From: Candidatus Methanophagales archaeon
GTDB lineage: Archaea; Halobacteriota; Syntropharchaeia; Alkanophagales; Methanospirareceae
Assembly (NCBI GenBank): GCA_014061035.1
Contig: JACGMN010000007.1
Span: 1-34,233 of the forward strand
Direction: 5' to 3'
Length of the DNA stretch: 34,233 bases
The notes under the pieces are model-generated. The model did not search any database. It was not told the origin of the DNA and saw nothing but the letters and a program-made list of their open reading frames with translations. This document shows positions 27,410-34,233 of this stretch, piece after piece (position 1 is the first letter of the stretch; the number at the start of each line of letters is the position of its first letter). The position numbers and the translations under genes are program-made.

Positions 27410-28720
27410 CTATAGGTACTCCTCTTCTATACGCAACAATTGATTGTACTTGATCGTCCTCTCGCTTCGTGCAGGAGCGCCAGTTTTTATCAGCTCTGCA
27501 TTTATTGCTACCGCGAAGTCGGCGATGAACGGATCCTCGGTCTCTCCCGATCGATGGCTGACTACTTTCTTATACTCGTTCTTATTAGCCAGACGAACGG
27601 TCTCCAGCGTCTCCGAGATAGTTCCGATTTGATTCAACTTCAGCAGAACCGCATTTGCCGCTTTCTTCCTTATACCCGCCTCTAACAGCCTGGCATTTGT
27701 AACAAAAAGGTCATCACCGACGATAATCTGCCGCGATAGCCTTGCTGTAAGTTCTGCAAATAACTCAAAAGATTCCTCTTCAAACGGGTCCTCTATTAAT
27801 TCTAATGGATAGGTCTCGACAAGGTCTTGATAGAAGTCAACGAGTTCAGCGCCCTCTCTCACTCTGCCATCTATCATGTACTTCCCGGTCTTCGGATCGA
27901 AGAACGATGACGCAGCAGCATCTATACCAAGCCGTATTTCAGATTCAGAATATCCTGCCTCTGCTATTGCCACTGTTATCGCCTCGAGTGGCTGACTCGT
28001 TAGACGCATAGCGGGCGCATAACCGCCTTCATCACCTACATTCGTAGCGATTTTTCCATATCTATCTATTAACACCGTCTTAAGTGCATGATAAATCTCA
28101 ACGCCAGCCCTCAATCTATCGCTGAACCTGTCAAAGCCGGTAGGCAATATGTGAAATTCCTGTATGCTCAACTCGTTACCTGCATGCTGACCACCGTTTA
28201 TCAGGTTCATCAACGGTACTGGTAACTGGAACTCAAACGCGAGTTTTAGCCCTGATCCTAATCCTGATCTTGATCCTGATCTTGATCCTGATCTTGATCC
28301 TGCTACGTCCTCACAGATATAAGCAAAAAGCGGTTTCTTTAACGAATCTGCAGCAGCTTTGCAGACCGCGATTGATGTCCCGACTATTGCATTTGCACCT
28401 AAATTCGACTTGTTCTCAGTTCCATCCAGTTCTATCAACTGCGTATCTATCTCTCGTTGTTCGAGAGTGTCCATTCCATTAAGTGCTTTTTTAATAACTG
28501 TATTCACAGCTTCAACAGCTTTGAGAACCCCTTTACCGCCATATCTTCTCTTATCACCATCTCTCTTCTCCATTGCTTCTTTACTACCTGTTGATGCTCC
28601 TGAAGGTACGCTCGCCCTGCCAAACCCGTTCGTTGTACTCACGTCTACTTCTATGGTGGGGTTTCCACGAGAATCAAGTATTTCTCTTCCTTTTATTCCT
28701 CTTATCTCTGTTACCGTCAT
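27410..28720 (-). CDS. eno: Enolase
   Basis: REILDSRGNPT.EV, VPSGASTG, NGG.HAGN, VGDEGG, VGDDLFVTN, SHRSGETED, KTGAPARSER..KYNQLLRIEE. Confidence 0.98.
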   Translation of the reverse strand: MTVTEIRGIKGREILDSRGNPTIEVDVSTTNGFGRASVPSGASTGSKEAMEKRDGDKRRYGGKGVLKAVEAVNTVIKKALNGMDTLEQREIDTQLIELDGTENKSNLGANAIVGTSIAVCKAAADSLKKPLFAYICEDVAGSRSGSRSGSRSGLGSGLKLAFEFQLPVPLMNLINGGQHAGNELSIQEFHILPTGFDRFSDRLRAGVEIYHALKTVLIDRYGKIATNVGDEGGYAPAMRLTSQPLEAITVAIAEAGYSESEIRLGIDAAASSFFDPKTGKYMIDGRVREGAELVDFYQDLVETYPLELIEDPFEEESFELFAELTARLSRQIIVGDDLFVTNARLLEAGIRKKAANAVLLKLNQIGTISETLETVRLANKNEYKKVVSHRSGETEDPFIADFAVAINAELIKTGAPARSERTIKYNQLLRIEEEYL

Positions 28721-28788
28721 AGGATATTTCTAATATAATCTTAAGATAGATATGATAGATAAATATAGTTGAGGATGAAAAAAGGTAG

Positions 28789-30444
28789 ATGGACACAATA
28801 AGAGATGAAATGGAAAGACCGAAGAGGGTGATTGTAACAGATAATATCTCAGAAGAGGGGATAAAGAAGCTGCGTGAGTTCGCAGTAGTTGATATTGAAT
28901 TAGAGTTGAGCAAAGCTGATTTAAAGGAACGCATTGCGGACTACGATGCGATAGCCATACGAAGTGGAACGAGACTGACGACTGAGATAATAGAAGCCGG
29001 AAGCACCGGGCGGTTGAAAGTAATCGGTAGAGCCGGTGTCGGGCTGGATAATATAGCTGTGGAGACAGCGACAGATAAGGGGATACTGGTGGTGAACGCG
29101 CCAGATGCGAATACGATATCTGTTGCCGAGCATACTATTGCACTGCTGCTAAGCCTATCGCGGAAGATACCGGCTGCGAATCTCTCGCTAAAATCCGGAG
29201 ATTGGAACAGAAAAGAGTACAAGGGTGTGGAAGTAAATGGCAAGGTATTATGTATAATTGGTCTCGGTAGAGTGGGTAGCGAAGTTGCAAAGAGAGCAAA
29301 AGGGCTTGGAATGAAGATCATCGCATACGATCCGTTCATATCTGTAGATAAGGCAAAAGAGCTCGGCATCACTCTTGCAAGTTTAAATAAATCTATTCAA
29401 GCCGCAGATTTCATCACGATTCATACACCACTGACAAAGGATACGTTGAACCTGATAAGTACAAAAGAGTTCGCGATGATGAAAGACGGTGTTCGTCTGA
29501 TAAATTGTGCACGCGGGGGGATAGTAGATGAGAAGGCATTAAAAGATGCGATAAAGGGCGGTAAAGTAGCTGGAGCGGCTCTGGATGTCTTTGTACATGA
29601 GCCACCGTTACCAGAAGAACGTGACTTACTGGAACTTGCAGAAGTGATCGTTACACCTCATCTGGGTGCATACACAACTGAAGCGCAGGATGCTGCTGGT
29701 GTAGAGATTGCTGATGATCTGATAGCGGCGTTACAGAACAAAACGGTAAGAAATTCTGTGAACATGTTCTACGTTGAAGAGGAGATAATGGAGACGATAA
29801 AGCCGTATTTAGAATTAGGCAAGAAACTGGGACTACTCGCAGCACAGCTCATACCAAATTCAGGCAGATTTGAATTGCTTGAGATCTCTTATGAAGGCGA
29901 ATTGGGATCAGCAAATACAGGAGGTATAGGTGAGAACACGAGAATAATCACGCGTGCAATCTTGAAGAGCTTCCTCTCATTGTTCACCGATGGCGTGAAT
30001 TACGTTAATGCAGATGCAATAGCGAGGAAATTCGGGATAAAAGTTATGGAACGGAATACAGAAGAGATAGAAGATTTTAGCTCATTGATCAGTATTAGAA
30101 CTGTTACTCGAGCAGATGGAGAAGAGAAAGTGAAGAGAGTTGCAGGTACACTCTTCGGAAAATACGATCCACGGATAGTGAAGATAGATGGGTACCGCGT
30201 AGATGCAGTTCCTTCCGGCTATATGCTTATCTGCTCATTCCTCGATAAACCGCGTGTGATCGGTCCTGTTTGCACGATTTTAGGCGATAGGGGCATAAAT
30301 ATCGCTGGGATGCAGGTGGGCAGGGAGGAAGTAGGAGGAGAAGCGGTTATGGTGATTAACGTGGACGGCATGGTTAGTGAAGGATGCATCGACGAGATAA
30401 AGGAGGTGGAGAACATAGCGGATGTAACACTTGTGAAGCTGTAA
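28789..30444 (+). CDS. serA: D-3-phosphoglycerate dehydrogenase (long form with ASB and ACT domains)
   Basis: GRAGVGLDN, VAEHTI, GLGRVG, INCARGG, TPHLGA.T.EAQ, C-terminal DKP.VIG.V..ILG..GINIA.MQVGR. The start may be 28810. Confidence 0.96.
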   Translation: MDTIRDEMERPKRVIVTDNISEEGIKKLREFAVVDIELELSKADLKERIADYDAIAIRSGTRLTTEIIEAGSTGRLKVIGRAGVGLDNIAVETATDKGILVVNAPDANTISVAEHTIALLLSLSRKIPAANLSLKSGDWNRKEYKGVEVNGKVLCIIGLGRVGSEVAKRAKGLGMKIIAYDPFISVDKAKELGITLASLNKSIQAADFITIHTPLTKDTLNLISTKEFAMMKDGVRLINCARGGIVDEKALKDAIKGGKVAGAALDVFVHEPPLPEERDLLELAEVIVTPHLGAYTTEAQDAAGVEIADDLIAALQNKTVRNSVNMFYVEEEIMETIKPYLELGKKLGLLAAQLIPNSGRFELLEISYEGELGSANTGGIGENTRIITRAILKSFLSLFTDGVNYVNADAIARKFGIKVMERNTEEIEDFSSLISIRTVTRADGEEKVKRVAGTLFGKYDPRIVKIDGYRVDAVPSGYMLICSFLDKPRVIGPVCTILGDRGINIAGMQVGREEVGGEAVMVINVDGMVSEGCIDEIKEVENIADVTLVKL

Positions 30445-30473
30445 CTGTATTTTCTGTTCTCTGATTTCTGGTC

Positions 30474-31730
30474 TTAATCAAATACCAAAACATCATTCAA
30501 AACAGCGATTACTTCGTCTATCTCATTTTTACTTATAACCAGTGGCGGCACTAACCTTATCACGCTCTCAGAAGTGCAATTTATCAAGACGCCAAGGTCA
30601 ATAGCTTTCTTAGCAATAATTCCACTACACGGGTTCGTCAATTCTATCGCTATCATCAGCCCTTTTCCTCTTATTTCCTTTATATATCTATACCCGGACC
30701 CTGACCTTAACCTTAGCCCATTCTCTCCTGTATGAAGATTATTAAGAGAATTCATTAAATATTCGCCAAGTTCTCGTGACCGTTCAACCAGTTTCTCATC
30801 CTCTATCACGGTTATAGACGCCAGTGCTGCTGCACACGCGAGTGGATTGCCACCAAATGTCGTTCCATGCTCACCGATCTCAAACTCTATTCCCTCCTTT
30901 GCAAGTACAGCACCAATAGGGAACCCGGCACCCATTGCCTTTGCTACCGTCATTATATCAGGCTCTACGCGATCGTGCTCCTTACCAAACCACCGCCCTG
31001 TCCGACCAAACCCGGTCTGTATCTCATCAAGGATCAGCAAAACACCTTTCCTGGTGCATATCTCTCTTACCTCTTCCAGATACCCTTCTGAAGGAACTAA
31101 TACCCCTGCTTCTCCCTGGATAGGCTCTAATATGACTGCGGCAGTATCGCGATCTATCGCCTTTTCAATCGCTGTTGCATCGTTGTATCTTACAAATTTC
31201 ACGTTTTTCAGGAGTATCGGTTCAAAAGCAGCCCGGAATTTTTTGCCCGCGGTCAGACTCAAGGAACCAAGAGTTCTGCCATGAAAACTTCCTTCTGCAG
31301 CTATAAAATTATGCTTACCAGTAACTTTACATGCCAATTTCACCGCAGCTTCTATGCTTTCCGTCCCCGAATTACAGAAAAAGACCTTTGCCATACCACT
31401 ACTACTACCACTACTACTACTACTACCACTACTACTTATTTCAGTCAGTTTCTCTGCAAGTTTCACCTGCGGCTCGCTGTAATACAAATTCGAGACGTGA
31501 ATGAGCTTCTCAGCCTGCTCCTTCATTGCATTCACTACCACCGGATGGCAGTGCCCAACTGCGTTTACTGCAATGCCACCGACGCAGTCTATATACTCGT
31601 TACCCGAGAAATCTGTTACTATCGCTCCTTTTCCACTTTTTAATACTATTCGCTCTCTTTTGTACGTTTGCATTAAGTATCTCTTCTCGTTCTCAAAGAC
31701 TTCTTCCATAGACGTGAACAATTGAATCAT
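30474..31730 (-). CDS. argD: Acetylornithine aminotransferase
   Basis: YIDC.GGIAVN..GHCHP, HVSNLY, FFCNSG.E, SFHGRT, EPIQGEAG, DEIQTG.GRTG, AK..G.G.PIGA, HGTTFGGNPLA. Confidence 0.93.
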   Translation of the reverse strand: MIQLFTSMEEVFENEKRYLMQTYKRERIVLKSGKGAIVTDFSGNEYIDCVGGIAVNAVGHCHPVVVNAMKEQAEKLIHVSNLYYSEPQVKLAEKLTEISSSGSSSSSGSSSGMAKVFFCNSGTESIEAAVKLACKVTGKHNFIAAEGSFHGRTLGSLSLTAGKKFRAAFEPILLKNVKFVRYNDATAIEKAIDRDTAAVILEPIQGEAGVLVPSEGYLEEVREICTRKGVLLILDEIQTGFGRTGRWFGKEHDRVEPDIMTVAKAMGAGFPIGAVLAKEGIEFEIGEHGTTFGGNPLACAAALASITVIEDEKLVERSRELGEYLMNSLNNLHTGENGLRLRSGSGYRYIKEIRGKGLMIAIELTNPCSGIIAKKAIDLGVLINCTSESVIRLVPPLVISKNEIDEVIAVLNDVLVFD

Positions 31731-31757
31731 CTCCTTTGACGTTGATGCTGATGAGAG

Positions 31758-32723
31758 TTAGAATGAGTAAAAGTTCGAGATTGCCATTATATTTCCGTGA
31801 AGACTCTCGTCTAAATAACGCAGATAAAATTTAGCAGGATCAATATCATTATTTATCAGGATCTCGCCACCGCCACCAAAAAGCAATCTCATCAAGGTTG
31901 GTCTGTTCTTATGTATCACCCTTGGTTCCATCTCGATTTCACCGAGATATGCTGCGCGATCGATGGCATCATGCAGGTTGCCAAAGCTATCGACTAAACC
32001 ATGCTCTTTAGCGACTGCACCAAGAAATATCCGTCCATCTGCAAGTTCTTTCACCTCGTTTATCGGTATCTCCCGTCCCTCCGCAACTGTCTTCACAAAT
32101 CTATTGTGGACCGCTGCCAGAGTCTCATTTATAAATTCCCGCTCTTCATCAGTGATATTTCTCCATGGCGCACCCATATCCTTCTTCTCACCAGACTTGA
32201 AGACCTCGTACCTTATTCCTTCCTCCTCAAAGTATGCCATTCTATTCTCGATTACCCAGATGACGGCAATGCTCCCGGTCATTGTGTCCGGACTTGCCAT
32301 GATATAATCTGCCGGAGCAGAGATCCAGTATGCACCAGACGTTGCGATGTCTCCCATCGAGATTACAATTGGAATTTCCGTTCGTTCGATCTCAATAGCG
32401 ATCTCCTGAGCTGCTGCCGGCGTACCACCAGGACTATTAAGCCTCAAAACGATTGCCCTTATAGACGGATCTCTCTCTGAATCACGTATACTATTGATGA
32501 CGTCCTCTGCTGATGCGAACCCAAAACCACCGGGTATGCTTCCTGATATTATCGGTCCCTGGACATGTATCACTGCTACAGCCTCCCGTGTGATTATGTA
32601 GTCTCCAACTCTCATATCGACCATATCAGTCGTAATTAACAATATCGCCACAGTGGTTGAGAGGAGCATTATCGCGATCAGGATATATCCAATCCTTCTG
32701 TTCCTCTTTGATTTGTCGTACAT
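31758..32723 (-). CDS. sppA: Signal peptide peptidase A (S49)
   Basis: N-terminal transmembrane segment, LRLNSPGG, SMGD.A.SG.YWI, TGSI.V, KSG..KD, ADGRIF.G..A...GLVD..G. Confidence 0.92.
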   Translation of the reverse strand: MYDKSKRNRRIGYILIAIMLLSTTVAILLITTDMVDMRVGDYIITREAVAVIHVQGPIISGSIPGGFGFASAEDVINSIRDSERDPSIRAIVLRLNSPGGTPAAAQEIAIEIERTEIPIVISMGDIATSGAYWISAPADYIMASPDTMTGSIAVIWVIENRMAYFEEEGIRYEVFKSGEKKDMGAPWRNITDEEREFINETLAAVHNRFVKTVAEGREIPINEVKELADGRIFLGAVAKEHGLVDSFGNLHDAIDRAAYLGEIEMEPRVIHKNRPTLMRLLFGGGGEILINNDIDPAKFYLRYLDESLHGNIMAISNFYSF

Positions 32724-32755
32724 CTTCTCGTTTAATCCACCATCTTTCCTTATGC

Positions 32756-33337
32756 CTAAGCTAGCGGTATGCCAGCTATCGCCATTAGCGCGATCACCAC
32801 CACCGCCAAAACAATAATAGCTACTACCGAGCCGACCACCGTGATAGCTGCCCTTAGTATCGAGAACCTCTCTGCTATGCTTATGGCAAAGATCGTAAGG
32901 ACGCAGTACCAGACAAAACCTATCAGGTCAATAAGACTCGATAGCAGCGGTGATATAAACCATGTTACCAGGCTTAATGGATATATCAGTAGATATGGCA
33001 CGTATGCATAACCTATGAGGTGTAAAAGCATGCTGTATTCACCCTTTCCGCCGATGAGTTTGGCAACCAGGTGAAGTATTCCAACGTATATAACCCACGA
33101 TAAAAGTGTGGACGTTAAACCAAGAATGAACAACCCGGTAAAATCAAGCGGTATCAGAGGTATTAATTCTGGGGGCATCATGCGGGGAAGCAGCATGCCA
33201 AGTAATATACCAGCAAAGGCTCCTGCCAGCAGAACAACAATAAAAGCGTCCCTAAGTGCTCTCTCTTTCGAAAGCTGCTCTAATGTTTCACGTGGTGAAA
33301 TGACCATCGCACCAAGTCGCTCGACAAAATCTGTCAT
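32756..33337 (-). CDS. Yip1-domain membrane protein
   Basis: SP.ET...L, five hydrophobic segments, H..AKL.GGKG.Y..L....GYA..P. Confidence 0.8.
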   Translation of the reverse strand: MTDFVERLGAMVISPRETLEQLSKERALRDAFIVVLLAGAFAGILLGMLLPRMMPPELIPLIPLDFTGLFILGLTSTLLSWVIYVGILHLVAKLIGGKGEYSMLLHLIGYAYVPYLLIYPLSLVTWFISPLLSSLIDLIGFVWYCVLTIFAISIAERFSILRAAITVVGSVVAIIVLAVVVIALMAIAGIPLA

Positions 33338-33435
33338 CTATTTTATATCACTCCTTTTATATTTCTATTATTATTTCACCATATTATTGCACTATATAAA
33401 GATATGAGTTCATCATTCATATATCAGAGATCATA

Positions 33436-33816
33436 ATGTATAACATTGTGAAACAGATTATCATGGATGCGATGACGATCATACACTTGTCAAAAATAAC
33501 GCTTTTGAGGAGCTTGGTCGAGAAGATGGAGGTAGTAATCCCGCGTAAAGTGTTTAAAGAGTCGGTAAAAGACTCGTTGAGGCGGTATAACGATGCTTTG
33601 ATTACAGATGCTTTGATAAGGGAAGGCAAGATTATGATTTTGGACGCAAATATTGATGGGATAAAGGAGATTGAAAGATTTGGGATGACGGGTGGTGAGG
33701 CAGAAGTCGTTGCTCTCTACCGGGAGGGTAAATACGATGCCATTGCATCGGATGATGATGTTGTAAGGGAGAACAGAACACTGCTAAACTTAAAAGTCAT
33801 TAGTCCACGGTTATAA
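33436..33816 (+). pseudogene. PIN-domain (DUF3368-like) toxin, probably C-terminally truncated
   Basis: IIMDA..IIHL.K, IP..V..E, GEAEVVALY, IASDD. It ends abruptly at LKVISPRL without the usual C-terminal helices. Confidence 0.6.
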
Positions 33817-34037
33817 TGCGGTTTATATTGGAAGGTATCAGAGAATACAAAAGAGAGAGGGCGGCAAGACTCTACAAAGAGCGAAGAGTATCAATAGATG
33901 GTGCGGCAGAACTCGCAGGTCTAACTGTTAGGGAGATGGTCAATTATCTGATAAGAAAAGGCTATAAATCTAACTATTCGTATGATGACCTGGAAAAGGA
34001 AATGGCGCTATTTAAAAAGGGTTCTGCAATTGATTAA
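33804..34037 (+). pseudogene. UPF0175 family antitoxin, probably N-terminally truncated
   Basis: (STVI)MRFILEG.REYK.E.A..LY....VS...AAELAGL...EM...L, ending Y..DDLE.E. An in-frame TAG lies at 33801. Confidence 0.65.
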
Positions 34038-34040
34038 AAA

Positions 34041-34203
34041 TATTTGTATAGGTACGATGAAGATACAGGATACAAGATACAAGAGAAAATTGATAGTTTT
34101 TCATACGAAAAATCCGCGATTTTATTAAAGCGGGGGAATCGGGCATAAATTATAGCCCTGCATCCGGCATCTTGCATCCTGCATCCCAACCGCGATACAA
34201 ATA
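34041..34203 (+). mobile_element. Family B element, 163 bp: 9-bp TIRs plus inverted GATACAG / CATCCTG heptamer arms
   Basis: Perfect inverted pair tatttgtat (34041-34049) and atacaaata (34195-34203). Left arm gatacaggatacaagatacaag; right arm cctgcatccggcatcttgcatcctgcatc. Confidence 0.78.
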
Positions 34204-34233
34204 CTTCACCTTTTTTCGTCCTCTTAGCGCTCT

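Noticed and set aside
1..34233. Stop-codon recoding (pyrrolysine or selenocysteine readthrough)
   Set aside because: The recognised housekeeping genes appear full length at their TAG/TGA stops, and I saw no conserved domain interrupted by an in-frame stop.

Overview
A chromosomal housekeeping region from an Mcr-encoding euryarchaeon. It carries atwA, methanogenesis marker 6, fae-hps and archaeal ribosomal genes; ANME-1/Methanophagales-like is my inference. It holds about 40 CDS (purF, argG, argD, serA, eno, nadX, thi4, cobS, the L3-to-S17 ribosomal cluster, rpl10e, rpl15e, Sm-rpl37e, aIF2-beta and others), tRNA-Ile(GAT), tRNA-Ser(TGA) and a damaged PIN/UPF0175 toxin-antitoxin pair. The most interesting signal is intergenic. 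About nine elements or half-elements of roughly 50-230 bp share one design: short terminal inverted repeats, inward-facing tandem arrays of 7- or 10-mers, and a core. Several cores translate to fragments resembling the start and/or end of four-helix-bundle (23S rRNA IVP-like) or GxxExxY proteins. They fall into at least three repeat families. Most begin at or just after the stop codon of a host gene in the same orientation, and some have donated protein termini to host genes. This looks like the decayed footprint of a family of small, repeat-armed mobile gene cassettes with no transposase in view. Also notable: in-frame microsatellite loops in many core enzymes, a Thi4 with Ala at the sulfur-donor position, and an AtwA with a rebuilt zinc-binding motif.
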